Source: Balneolaceae bacterium (GTDB taxonomy: Bacteria > Bacteroidota > Rhodothermia > Balneolales > Balneolaceae). Taken from it: a DNA stretch of 64,000 bases. Shown one piece after another: positions 1 through 10,296 of this stretch. The position numbers and the translations under genes are program-made. The stretch spans positions 1,158,896-1,222,895 of the forward strand of contig OZ244932.1 of the NCBI GenBank assembly GCA_965222205.1, written 5' to 3'. Within the stretch, counting starts at the first letter, position 1. Each line of letters begins with the position of its first letter. The notes under the pieces are model-generated. The model made no database searches. It was not told where the DNA came from and saw only the letters and a program-made list of their open reading frames with translations.

Positions 1-1
1 A

Positions 2-307
2 GTGTTTACCTATAGTATTTCTAAATCCGGAATGAATAATATGACCCGCTTTCTTGCAAGAGAATGGGCTCAGCATTCTATTCGGGTAAATGCCTTAATA
101 CCAGGATTTTTTCCAGCTGAACAAAACCGAAAGATCTTAACCAACGAAAGGACAGAGTCGATTTTTAATCACACACCTCTTAAGAGATTTGGTGAGCCCA
201 ATGAGTTATCAGGGGCTGTAATTTGGCTGGCCTCTAATCAGGCGTCATCTTTTGTAACGGGCTCATTGGTTACTGTGGATGGTGGGTTTACGGCAATGTC
301 AATTTGA
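2..307 (+). CDS. SDR-family oxidoreductase, C-terminal fragment (5' end outside window)
   Basis: ORF open to the window edge. IRVNALIPGFF...SFVTGSLVTVDGGF is a typical short-chain dehydrogenase C-terminus. Lies just upstream of uxaC, as KduD/gluconate-5-dehydrogenase-type genes do. Confidence 0.75.
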   Translation: MFTYSISKSGMNNMTRFLAREWAQHSIRVNALIPGFFPAEQNRKILTNERTESIFNHTPLKRFGEPNELSGAVIWLASNQASSFVTGSLVTVDGGFTAMSI

Positions 308-334
308 TCTAATATTTTTCTAGGTAACTCGAAT

Positions 335-1750
335 ATGTCAAATAAGCCATTTATCAACGAGAATTTTCTGCTCCAGAATAAAACTGCACAAAAATTATAT
401 CATAATTGTGCAAAAGATTTGCCCATTATTGATTATCACTGCCATCTCTCTGCCAAAGAAATAGCTGAGGATGTAAACTTCAGAAATTTAACCAGTATTT
501 GGCTGGATGGAGATCATTACAAGTGGAGGGCTTTGCGTGCCTGTGGAGAAAACGAAAGATTAATTACCGGAAAAGCTTCTGATAAAGAGAAGTTTATGGC
601 ATGGGCCAGAACGGTGCCGAAAACTTTAAAAAATCCATTGTTTCATTGGACACACATGGAGCTCAAAAACCCATTTGGAATAACGGATCGATTGTTAAAT
701 GAAGCAAGTGCAGAATCTATCTGGGAAGAATGCAATGAAATGCTTCAACAGCCAGAGTTTTCGACCAGAGCGATACTAAAAAAGAATAAGGTTAAAGTTG
801 TGGGTACTACAAACGATCCGACTGATTCTTTAGAATACCATGCAAAATTGAAGGAACAAGAACTGGGCATTAAAGTGGTTCCTTCATTCAGACCAGATAG
901 AGGAATGGAAATTGAGCAAAGCGAAGAATTTGTAGACTGGGTAAAGAAACTGGAAAAGGTAAGTGATACAGAAATATTCACTTTTCAGGACTTTCTTGAG
1001 GCTTTGAAGCAACGTCACGATATCTTTCACGAGCTTGGCTGCAGGGCATCAGATCATGGAATTGAACGTCCCTACGCTGAATCTTTTTCGGAAAGTCAGG
1101 TTTCTGGGATATTTGATAAGGTGATCCGAAAGAAAGTATTGGAAAGTCGTGAAGTGGAAATATTTAAATCTGCTTTTTTGTATTACTGTGGGATTATGGC
1201 TTCAGAAAAAGATTGGGTGATACAGTTTCATATTGGCCCGATTAGAAATAATAATTCCCGTATGATGAAGAAAGCAGGAAAGGATGCTGGGTTTGATTCA
1301 ATAGGTGATGCGACAATAGGGGAGTCGCTTTCGAAATTATTAAACCGGCTGGATTCCGGTGATAATCTTCCCAAAACAATTTTGTATAACAGTAATCCCA
1401 GAGACAATGAGTTATTTTCTACTATGATTGGAAACTTTCAGGATGGATCTATTCCTGGAAAAGTACAGCATGGTCCCCCTTGGTGGTTTTTAGATCAGAA
1501 AGACGGAATTGAACGCCATATCGAATCTCTATCCAGCATGAGTATACTTTATGAGTTTGTAGGAATGACGACTGATTCCAGAAGTATTCTTTCGTATTCA
1601 AGGCATGATTATTTCCGCCGAATACTTTGTAATATTCTAGGGACTGAGGTGGAGGAGGGGCTACTTCCGGCTGATCTGGATTTACTGAATAGCTACATCA
1701 CCAAAATTTGTTTTACCAATGCTAATGCCTTTTTTGGGTTTGATGCCTAG
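335..1750 (+). CDS. uxaC: glucuronate (uronate) isomerase
   Basis: 471-aa ORF. N-terminus FINENFLLQN..A..LYH..AKDLPIIDYHCHL and overall length are characteristic of UxaC. Confidence 0.9.
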   Translation: MSNKPFINENFLLQNKTAQKLYHNCAKDLPIIDYHCHLSAKEIAEDVNFRNLTSIWLDGDHYKWRALRACGENERLITGKASDKEKFMAWARTVPKTLKNPLFHWTHMELKNPFGITDRLLNEASAESIWEECNEMLQQPEFSTRAILKKNKVKVVGTTNDPTDSLEYHAKLKEQELGIKVVPSFRPDRGMEIEQSEEFVDWVKKLEKVSDTEIFTFQDFLEALKQRHDIFHELGCRASDHGIERPYAESFSESQVSGIFDKVIRKKVLESREVEIFKSAFLYYCGIMASEKDWVIQFHIGPIRNNNSRMMKKAGKDAGFDSIGDATIGESLSKLLNRLDSGDNLPKTILYNSNPRDNELFSTMIGNFQDGSIPGKVQHGPPWWFLDQKDGIERHIESLSSMSILYEFVGMTTDSRSILSYSRHDYFRRILCNILGTEVEEGLLPADLDLLNSYITKICFTNANAFFGFDA

Positions 1751-1888
1751 TCAGTAGTTGACCGTAAAGTTTTTTACACCTTTTTTCGAGACTTTATAAG
1801 GTCATAGCTCGTCTTATTATTATAATCTCGCTGGTCATCTGGATAACAGGATGCTTTTCGGGTTTCCTCTCATACAAACAGATATACT

Positions 1889-4276
1889 ATGTTTAAAAAT
1901 TATCTACTCACTTCGTGGCGAAATCTAGCCAAATATAAAGGCTACACTGCTGTTAATCTTATTGGTTTAATACTCGGAATTTCAGCTTTCATTATTCTGG
2001 GACTATATGTTTGGGAAGATTTAAGTTTCAATAAGTTCAACTCAAATTATGACAGGATTGCCCGGGTTGTAACTATCGATAAAGCACGTGGAGTTTCTTC
2101 ACAACGGGTAGGAGTTTCGTATCCCGCTCTTGCAACTGCCATGAAAGATAATATACCGGAGATTATTGAAACTACACGAATTATGGGACAGAGTACGAAT
2201 CCCATAAAAGTAGAAAACGAATATTATGATGTTGATGGCAGATACGCTACAGAAAATGCTTTCTTTAAGATATTCGATTTTGAGTTAATCGAAGGGGATT
2301 ATGAAGATGTTCTTACACAACCTCAAACCGTAGTTATTACAAGAGAATTCGCCCTGAAGGTTTTTGAGAGTACATCAGTTTTAGGGGAATCTATAGAGGA
2401 TCAACAAGGTACATTATATGAAATTGTAGGAGTTGTGGAAGATGTGCCACCCAGTTCACATTTTCAGTTTGAGATTTTACAGGCTTTAGTGCCCAGCCCG
2501 GATCAAGAGGGATTTGCACAGTTTCTTCAATCGTGGAATTCTATAAGTGTTCAAACCTATGTGTTGTTTGATCAGCCCAGAGATGTTACGCCTTATGCCG
2601 ATAGGCTTCGCGAAATTGCTATGGAAAATGGCGGGTATGAAATGTTTTTCCCAACCCTCCAGGCACTTGAAGACGTTCATCTGAATTCATCGGATGTGCT
2701 TTTTGAAATTAATAACCGGAAAAGCGACATGAGCAACGTTTTCATTATGTCAGCGATAGGGTTATTAGTGTTGATTCTGGCATGTTTCAACTATGTGAAC
2801 CTGGTTACTGCTCGTTCCTCATCCCGTGCTAAAGAAATTGGAATTCGAAAGGTAGCCGGAGGTGTCAGAGGGCAGCTCATCGCACAACATCTTACGGAAT
2901 CAATATTTCAGGTAGTTTTAGCGTATCTCGTATCAATAGTAATTGTCTATTTTTCAGTTCCTTTTTTCAATGATACTTATTCTCGTTATGCAGATGTGAG
3001 TTGGTTATTGGATCCTGTGTTTATTGTATCATCGGTAACCGGAATTATCTTTATAGGTTTCCTATCAGGATTATATCCTTCCTTAGTTCTTTCGTCTTTC
3101 ACTCCATCTGCGGTACTAAAAGGGAGCTTTCGTGCTGGCTCTAAAGGAGCCATGCTTAGGCACTCTTTGGTGGTATTGCAGTTTATGATCTCCGTTGCTT
3201 TGCTGGCAGGAACTCTCGTTGTTTACCAACAAATGGAATTTATCTTTAATGCAGATTTGGGTTATGAGCGTGAGCAAATACTTACATTAAATACCGGGCA
3301 GGTAAGTAATGCAAATATATCGGTCACTTTGTATGAGGAATTATCTAAAGTTCCTGGAGTTATTTCTGTAGGAGCAACATCTTCGCAAATAGGTTCCGGT
3401 TACGGTCGTTCAGGTGTAAATCCGGAGGGCATTTCAACCGATGAAAATATCATCAGCAGTGTAACAAGTATTAATGAGAACTATATTCCGACCATGGGGA
3501 TAGAAATGGCAGAAGGGAGAAGTTTTTCAGAGGCTTATTCTGATTCAGGAAGATCGGTTATCGTAAATGAAGCATTTATTAATATGCTTGACTGGGATGA
3601 AGGCGTTGGTAAGACTCTTACATTCGGTGCTACTGGAAATAACCCCACCACCCTGGAAATTGTTGGAGTTACCTCAGACTTTCATTTTGCGACTGTAAAG
3701 CACGAAGTTGAACCACTGATTATGTTCTATGGTCGTTCCTTACCAATTGTATCAGTAAAAATTGCTACTGAAAATATGCCATCTACAATATCAGGATTAG
3801 AGGAAACATGGGATGCCATAATAACAAGCACTCCATTTGACTATACTTTTTTGGATGATTCCTTTGCCCAAACGTACAGTACAGAGCAAACACTATCCAG
3901 AATTATCCGACATTTTTCAATCTTAGCAATTTCAATAGCAGCAGTAGGGCTTTTTATTTTGTCCGTTTTCACCGTTCAGCAACGAAGAAAAGAGATTGGC
4001 ATTCGAAAAGTGCTGGGCTCTACTACTCAGGGAATAAGCTTACTTTTAGGCAAGGATTTTCTAAAATGGATTTTGATTTCAAACATCGTTGGATTACCAA
4101 TTGCCTGGTTTCTGCTTGGGGAATGGCTCTCAAACTTCAGGTACAGAATTGAATTGGGTATCACTCCTTTTTTGCTTGCTCTGATCATTTCTATGGTTAT
4201 CGCAGCATTAACAATAAGTATTCAATCCTATAAAGCTGCCACTGAAAACCCAGTTAAGAGTTTAAGAAGTGAATAA
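1889..4276 (+). CDS. ABC transporter permease, FtsX/MacB-like (two FtsX modules)
   Basis: 795 aa. N-terminal TM helix, large periplasmic domains, and two repeated FtsX-type 4-TM blocks (..RAKEIGIRKVAGG.. and ..RRKEIGIRKVLGS..). Confidence 0.85.
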   Translation: MFKNYLLTSWRNLAKYKGYTAVNLIGLILGISAFIILGLYVWEDLSFNKFNSNYDRIARVVTIDKARGVSSQRVGVSYPALATAMKDNIPEIIETTRIMGQSTNPIKVENEYYDVDGRYATENAFFKIFDFELIEGDYEDVLTQPQTVVITREFALKVFESTSVLGESIEDQQGTLYEIVGVVEDVPPSSHFQFEILQALVPSPDQEGFAQFLQSWNSISVQTYVLFDQPRDVTPYADRLREIAMENGGYEMFFPTLQALEDVHLNSSDVLFEINNRKSDMSNVFIMSAIGLLVLILACFNYVNLVTARSSSRAKEIGIRKVAGGVRGQLIAQHLTESIFQVVLAYLVSIVIVYFSVPFFNDTYSRYADVSWLLDPVFIVSSVTGIIFIGFLSGLYPSLVLSSFTPSAVLKGSFRAGSKGAMLRHSLVVLQFMISVALLAGTLVVYQQMEFIFNADLGYEREQILTLNTGQVSNANISVTLYEELSKVPGVISVGATSSQIGSGYGRSGVNPEGISTDENIISSVTSINENYIPTMGIEMAEGRSFSEAYSDSGRSVIVNEAFINMLDWDEGVGKTLTFGATGNNPTTLEIVGVTSDFHFATVKHEVEPLIMFYGRSLPIVSVKIATENMPSTISGLEETWDAIITSTPFDYTFLDDSFAQTYSTEQTLSRIIRHFSILAISIAAVGLFILSVFTVQQRRKEIGIRKVLGSTTQGISLLLGKDFLKWILISNIVGLPIAWFLLGEWLSNFRYRIELGITPFLLALIISMVIAALTISIQSYKAATENPVKSLRSE

Positions 4277-4399
4277 TGCTATTTTATTTCTTAAAATGAG
4301 TCCGGAGTTACCATTTAATGATGTTTTATTTATAAGATAATTTAACCACATTAGATTAAACTCTTTAGTACAATTAGGGGTGTACATAATTAGTATTGA

Positions 4400-7300
4400 T
4401 TGGATTCTATGCTTAAAGCTTTCAGGTTTACGCTTTTCTTATTTTTTATTGGGGTTCACAGTTTAGTTGGGCAGGAAATGTCTATACGGTTTGAGCAGAT
4501 TACCACTCAGGATGGTCTGTCTCAAAGTACTGTTAACGATATACTTCAGGATAGCAGGGGATTTCTTTGGTTTGCTACTGAGGATGGATTGAACAGGTAT
4601 GATGGGTATGAATTCAGAATCTACAGAAATGACCCGTATGATTTATTCTCTATTTCAAGCAATCAGATTTCCAGCATTATTGAAGATAAAAGTGGAGCGA
4701 TTTGGGTAGGCACAAAAGGAGGAGGCCTAAACAAACTGGATCGTGAGCAGGATCGGTTCATGCGCTTTATTCATGATACAGAAGATTCAAAATCGATCAG
4801 CCACAACTATATAAACGCACTTTTTGAAGATGAAGCCGGTGTTATCCTGGTGGGAACCCAAAGTGGGTTAAATATTTTGAATCCCGAGACCAATGAGTTC
4901 AGTGTATACTCTCAGATGGATGAGAATATTGCGCTAAGAGAAGCCCGAATTACTACAATCTTTAAAGACGGCAATGATTTTATCTGGATTGGAACAGAAC
5001 AACAAGGCTTATTCAGGTTCGATCGATTAAACGGTGAAATTAAACGATTCGAAAAAGGGGGTAACGGAACATCCAGGATTTCTGATAACTGGATAGTTAC
5101 TTTATATGAGGATAAACAAGGTATACTTTGGGTGGGTACTCAATCAGGAGGGCTTTTACGTTATGATACAGAGGCTCAAACATTTACGAGTTTTACCTCA
5201 GTAAATTCCTCAAACTCAAGTATCAGTAATAATTGGGTACTTTCATTATTCGAAGACTCCCGTGGAACCTTTTGGGTAGGCACACTGAATGGCTTGAATA
5301 TTCTGAACCGTGAAACCGGAATGTTTACCAGCTTTATTGATTTAAATTACCCCATCAATCTAAGTAACAACTCAATATCAGCTCTGTATGAAGATCGCTC
5401 GGGAGTTTTTTGGGTTGGGACAAGAAATGGGGCACTGAACAAGTTTATTCGTTCTTCATCAGAGAGTTTTACCGTTTATCAGAATGATCCTGCTAACTCA
5501 AATAGCCTTTCTAATAATAATATTTGGGCGATAGCAGAAGATGATGAATTCAATGTCTGGATTGGTACTCAGGGAGGGGGAGTTAACAAACTTAATCCGC
5601 AAACAAATATTTTCGATAAGTACCGGAGCGACCCCACAGACCCAAATTCGCTGACAAATGACTTTGTAAATGCTATAATCAAAGATAGTAATGGAACCAT
5701 CTGGATTGGTACTATTGACGGTTTGAACCGGTATAATAAATCCACCAATGATTTTACCCACTTTAAAAATGATCCCAATGACTTACAAACAATTAGCGGG
5801 AATATCATTACTACTATTCTTGAAGACAGCAGAGGAATAATCTGGATTGGAACTTTGAATAATGGACTTAATGCCTATGATCCTGAAACAGGGGAGTTCC
5901 GTAGATTCCAGAACAATGAAAATGATCCCACGTCCATTAGTCATAATAAAATATGGTCGATGTATGAAGATCGCAGAGGAGTTTTTTGGGTTGGAACTCA
6001 TGGCTTTGGATTAAACAGGTATGATCGTGCCCGTGGCAACTTCACCAGATTTACTAATAATCCCGATAATGAACGTACTCTGAGTGATAATTTTGTAAAT
6101 GTAATTACCCAGGATGCCGAAGGTACTCTTTGGGTAGGTACGATCAATGGACTGAACAGATTTAATGAGAGTACTCAGACTTTTACAAGATATACTACTA
6201 ATGATGGGCTTCCGAATAATGTGATTTACGGCATAATAGAGGATTATCGCGGGCATCTTTGGTTGAGTACTAATAGCGGAATTGCAGATTTTGACGCTAA
6301 AACAGGATCTGTGAGAATATACGACAGAGGAGACGGGCTTCCGAGTAACGAATATCGATTTGGAGCATACCATAAAGGAAATGATGGTTCGCTTTACTTT
6401 GGAGGTATTAACGGGATGGTTGTTTTTAAACCGGATAGCATTCGTGATAACCCCTACATCCCTCCTGTTGTAGTAACAGATTTCCAGATTTTTAACGAAG
6501 ATGTAATCATTTCAGCAACTGATTCTCCCCTTAAAAAATCTATAATTGAAACAGATGAAATAGTTCTTACCTGGAGAGAAAAAGTTATTTCTTTCGAATT
6601 TGCTGCACTTCATTTTGCTGCACCAGAGCAGAACCAATACCAGTATAAGATGGAAGGTTTTGACGATGAGTGGCAAGATGTTGGAAATCGGAGATTCGTA
6701 TCCTACACCAACTTACCTCAAGGCTATAATTACACATTTCGTGTTAAAGCATCTAATAAAGATGGTATTTGGAATGAAGAGGGGACTGAAATCAGATTGA
6801 AAATACTTCCTCCCCCATGGAAAACGTGGTGGGCATACAGTCTTTACTCCTTTTTGGGTGCCGGGATGTTAATTGGATTTATCAATTTTAGAATTGCAAA
6901 AGAACGAAAGAAGAAAGAGCAAGTAGAGCAATATAATGAAGAGCTAGAAGCTTTGGTTAAAGAGCGAACCATCCTTCTTGAAAATGAGAAAGAAAAAAGT
7001 GATGCCCTTCTCTACAACATGCTTCCAAAAGAAATTGCGGATGAAATCAAAGATAAAGGTTCAGCAGCACCGAGAAGGTATGAAGAGGTAAGTGTGCTTT
7101 TTACCGATTTTGAGAACTTCACTTCTACGGCAGCTACAATGTCTGCCAAGAAGCTTGTAACCGAGATTAATGAGATTTTTGAAGCCTTCGATAATATAAT
7201 GGAAGAGTATGGACTTGAGAAAATCAAGACTATTGGGGATGCATATATGGCGGTATCAGGTCTGCCTAGTGAGAAAGAAGATCACGCGGTTACATGTGTG

Positions 7301-7645
7301 AAGGCAGCGAAAGAAATGCAGAATTATATTCATGAAAGGAATGAAGATGCTGCTGTTAAGTGGAGAATGCGCATCGGTATTCACAGTGGCAGTATTATCG
7401 CGGGAATTGTTGGGAAGAAAAAGTTTACGTACGACATCTGGGGCTCTACGGTTATCCTTGCAAGTAGAATGGAAGAAGTAGGTGAAATCGGGAGAGTGAA
7501 TATATCTGCCACTACCTGCGATTATGTTCAGGAACATTTCAGCTGTGAATACAGAGGGAAAGTAAGTGTTGAAGGGCAGGGAGAGATGGATATGTACTTT
7601 GTGGGTGAAGAAATAAAAGCTGTTGAGCCTTCTTCTCAGAAATAA
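4400..7645 (+). CDS. sensor protein: two-component-regulator propeller repeats + Y_Y_Y domain + TM + class III adenylate/guanylate cyclase
   Basis: 1081 aa. Many repeats of the ..D..G.(L/I)W(V/I)GT..GL..(Y/F).. type, a TM helix (WWAYSLYSFLGAGMLIGF), a coiled coil, then a cyclase core (VSVLFTDFENFT...KTIGDAYMAVSG...IGIHSGSIIAGIVG). The TTG at 4400 may be replaced by the ATG at 4409 as start. Confidence 0.85.
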   Translation: MDSMLKAFRFTLFLFFIGVHSLVGQEMSIRFEQITTQDGLSQSTVNDILQDSRGFLWFATEDGLNRYDGYEFRIYRNDPYDLFSISSNQISSIIEDKSGAIWVGTKGGGLNKLDREQDRFMRFIHDTEDSKSISHNYINALFEDEAGVILVGTQSGLNILNPETNEFSVYSQMDENIALREARITTIFKDGNDFIWIGTEQQGLFRFDRLNGEIKRFEKGGNGTSRISDNWIVTLYEDKQGILWVGTQSGGLLRYDTEAQTFTSFTSVNSSNSSISNNWVLSLFEDSRGTFWVGTLNGLNILNRETGMFTSFIDLNYPINLSNNSISALYEDRSGVFWVGTRNGALNKFIRSSSESFTVYQNDPANSNSLSNNNIWAIAEDDEFNVWIGTQGGGVNKLNPQTNIFDKYRSDPTDPNSLTNDFVNAIIKDSNGTIWIGTIDGLNRYNKSTNDFTHFKNDPNDLQTISGNIITTILEDSRGIIWIGTLNNGLNAYDPETGEFRRFQNNENDPTSISHNKIWSMYEDRRGVFWVGTHGFGLNRYDRARGNFTRFTNNPDNERTLSDNFVNVITQDAEGTLWVGTINGLNRFNESTQTFTRYTTNDGLPNNVIYGIIEDYRGHLWLSTNSGIADFDAKTGSVRIYDRGDGLPSNEYRFGAYHKGNDGSLYFGGINGMVVFKPDSIRDNPYIPPVVVTDFQIFNEDVIISATDSPLKKSIIETDEIVLTWREKVISFEFAALHFAAPEQNQYQYKMEGFDDEWQDVGNRRFVSYTNLPQGYNYTFRVKASNKDGIWNEEGTEIRLKILPPPWKTWWAYSLYSFLGAGMLIGFINFRIAKERKKKEQVEQYNEELEALVKERTILLENEKEKSDALLYNMLPKEIADEIKDKGSAAPRRYEEVSVLFTDFENFTSTAATMSAKKLVTEINEIFEAFDNIMEEYGLEKIKTIGDAYMAVSGLPSEKEDHAVTCVKAAKEMQNYIHERNEDAAVKWRMRIGIHSGSIIAGIVGKKKFTYDIWGSTVILASRMEEVGEIGRVNISATTCDYVQEHFSCEYRGKVSVEGQGEMDMYFVGEEIKAVEPSSQK

Positions 7646-10290
7646 TAACCAAGATTAAATGAAGGCTGAATTCCAAGGTCAAAAACATTAGTCCTGGCTG
7701 ATGCCTGAATATCCCGATTACGGGTTTCTACTCTGATTTGCTTTACTTCTGTATACCAGGGATTTTTTCTGTTCAGGACATTGTAAACCGAAAAAGTGGC
7801 TCTGAATTTCCCCGATTTCAGCAAGCCTGAGTAACTAAGGGTAGCATCAACTCTGGAGTAAGCAGGTAAACGTGGACTCTCTTCCTGACGCTGTAAATTT
7901 AACCGGTTTTGGGCTCCGCTACCATACATCCAGGAAATGAAGAAATCAAAGTTACTGGAAAGGGCCAGCTCAGATACAAACGAAAACTGATGTCGACGAT
8001 CCCATTCAGCATAAAAATATTCCCCGTTATTAATTTGATCATTTTTAAGTTGAATGGAGGAGAGGGTGTAAGACGAATTTAATGTAAGTGCACGAAAGCG
8101 ATTGTTAACTAAAAACTCTATCCCTTTTCCAAGACCTGTATTTTCAAAAAACCAAGGCACTTCACTGTTTCTGAATGTGGTAGAAATAAGACCGGTATTT
8201 AATTCATGAAAGCGAAGGTTCTCATAGTTTTTCAGATATCCTTCTACCTGGAAATAAGTGTGATCGAAATATCTGAATTTTAGTTCAGCGGAATAGTAAT
8301 TAACAGCAGATGGAGGTTGGTCTTCATTTGTCAAAATCCAGAAATCTGAGCTGTTGATGTTATAAAATTGAAGCCGATTCAGAAACTGGTAGTTCCGACT
8401 AACACCGGCTCCAAAAGAAATGATACGATCGGTGAAAAATTCAGCCTTAATTCTTGGAGACCATCGCAAATACCTGCCATTGCTGAAGTAGTGGATTCGA
8501 TTCCCGAGGTTTAAACTCAGGTTTTGGAAGGAAGAAATGTCTACCTGATGGAATACATCCACAAGTTGACTGGTTCTTCTGCTCAAAAACGAATTTCGGA
8601 TAATACTCCGTTCGACGTACTCCACATCGAAATTGCTATAGCTTACTCCATATTCCATAGAATATCTCTCAAAAGAAGAAAAGAAGGATTGTTTGAGGGA
8701 GAAATCCTGAAGTGAGTTCTGAAGAGTAAGTTCCGCAATAATACTGGAATCGGGATTATTTCGATTTCCGTTATCATCGTTGTTTTGCGTTCTGGTCGGG
8801 TATTCAAAATCTCCTTTTGAGTACCTGCTTCCATAGTCACTGAAACCTATATTAGTAACAGAATAGGTATTGGGGGTTAGCTTAGCATTGTAATTAGCCG
8901 ACACAGTATTTGTTTGCCACTCATTGTTTGTTTCATACAATTGAATAACATCGGTTTGATCTCTCAGATACTGTTGAGACGCATTATCAAAACCAACGTA
9001 CCCGCTTAGTGAAAGTTGATTGCCATTTCTGGTTTCAAAATGAAGTTTACTGTGAAGATCATAAAACCGGGCATCTGTATTTTGTACGTCGATAGGATTT
9101 AAAGTGATTTCCTCGATAAAGCGCCCTGGAATTTCACGATTGAAGAAAATATCAGCTGGACGGTTAACATCTAGCCCGTATTCAATCAGTTTCTGGTTAT
9201 TCATCCAATTGATTTCATCCATCAAAGAAATCCTTCCGGAAACCAGCCAGCTTGATGTTCCTTTTGAAAGAGGTCCTTCTAAGGTTGCTTTAGTTGCGGT
9301 GTTACTTAACCCAGCCGAGCCTTGAATTTTATTTAGTGATCCTGTTCGTGTAATCAGAGAAAGAGTTCCTCCCAGAGGCGCCTGGAATTGAGCCGGGGTA
9401 ACATCGTAATAAAAGCCACTGGTTTTCAGGACATCGGGGTTCATCGCATCCAGCAAACCAAATAAATGACTTTGATGATATACGGTTTGTCCGTCCAGTA
9501 AAACCTGAAATCCATCCGAAGCACTTCCACGGATGTTAATTCCATCATTTACCGCTGAGCTTAACGAAACCGAAGGGAGCATTTGGAGTGACCGAACCGC
9601 ATTGGTTTCTCCCAAAGGACTAAAAGCTCCGACTTTAATCATGCCCGAAAGCACGGTGTCTGAAGCATTGTAGAAATTCACTCCTTTAATCAGTATTTCT
9701 TTGCCGCTGAAGGGCTCTGGCTCAAGGCGAATAGATACGTCTTTCCATATCTGATCATCTTGAAAAGAAAGGGTAAAAGTCTGCGGCTTATATCCCACAA
9801 AAGAAACTAAAAAAGAAAGCTCTTTAGAATCGGTGTTCGTAGTGATAGTAAACGTGCCGGATGGGGTACTCGAAATCCCAAAAAGCTCACCCCGATCTCT
9901 CCAGGATATTGTTGAGTAAGGAAGTCGCTCACCCGTGCTGGCATCAAGAACATAACCGTTAATCAATATCGTTTGAGATTCTTGCTGTTCGGAAGTTGCA
10001 TAGACAAGAGCCTGGAATCGATCAGGATCTACTTTAAGGCCTATATTCTGCTCTCTGAGACGTCCTGTAAGCTCATCCAGCAAAGACCCCTGGTTTGCCG
10101 TTAATGTAATTCTAACGTCAGCTATTAAGGCTTCTCGATATAAAAAACGGTAGGAGGTCTGCTTCTCAATATCAGCAATCACCGAAAGCAAAGGTTCATT
10201 GGAATAAGAAAAGTTCTGTGCCTCCGTCTCAGATTGAACAATGAAAAGAAACGCGAACAATACACAGAGTATGCGAATCGGGTTTTTCAT
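7636..10290 (-). CDS. TonB-dependent receptor with N-terminal STN signalling domain and carboxypeptidase-regulatory-like domain
   Basis: 884 aa with signal peptide, STN-like segment, CarboxypepD_reg-like segment, plug/barrel, and a C-terminal aromatic residue (..NLGYYF). Immediately downstream of fecR. Confidence 0.85.
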   Translation of the reverse strand: MKNPIRILCVLFAFLFIVQSETEAQNFSYSNEPLLSVIADIEKQTSYRFLYREALIADVRITLTANQGSLLDELTGRLREQNIGLKVDPDRFQALVYATSEQQESQTILINGYVLDASTGERLPYSTISWRDRGELFGISSTPSGTFTITTNTDSKELSFLVSFVGYKPQTFTLSFQDDQIWKDVSIRLEPEPFSGKEILIKGVNFYNASDTVLSGMIKVGAFSPLGETNAVRSLQMLPSVSLSSAVNDGINIRGSASDGFQVLLDGQTVYHQSHLFGLLDAMNPDVLKTSGFYYDVTPAQFQAPLGGTLSLITRTGSLNKIQGSAGLSNTATKATLEGPLSKGTSSWLVSGRISLMDEINWMNNQKLIEYGLDVNRPADIFFNREIPGRFIEEITLNPIDVQNTDARFYDLHSKLHFETRNGNQLSLSGYVGFDNASQQYLRDQTDVIQLYETNNEWQTNTVSANYNAKLTPNTYSVTNIGFSDYGSRYSKGDFEYPTRTQNNDDNGNRNNPDSSIIAELTLQNSLQDFSLKQSFFSSFERYSMEYGVSYSNFDVEYVERSIIRNSFLSRRTSQLVDVFHQVDISSFQNLSLNLGNRIHYFSNGRYLRWSPRIKAEFFTDRIISFGAGVSRNYQFLNRLQFYNINSSDFWILTNEDQPPSAVNYYSAELKFRYFDHTYFQVEGYLKNYENLRFHELNTGLISTTFRNSEVPWFFENTGLGKGIEFLVNNRFRALTLNSSYTLSSIQLKNDQINNGEYFYAEWDRRHQFSFVSELALSSNFDFFISWMYGSGAQNRLNLQRQEESPRLPAYSRVDATLSYSGLLKSGKFRATFSVYNVLNRKNPWYTEVKQIRVETRNRDIQASARTNVFDLGIQPSFNLGYYF

Positions 10291-10296
10291 AAATGA

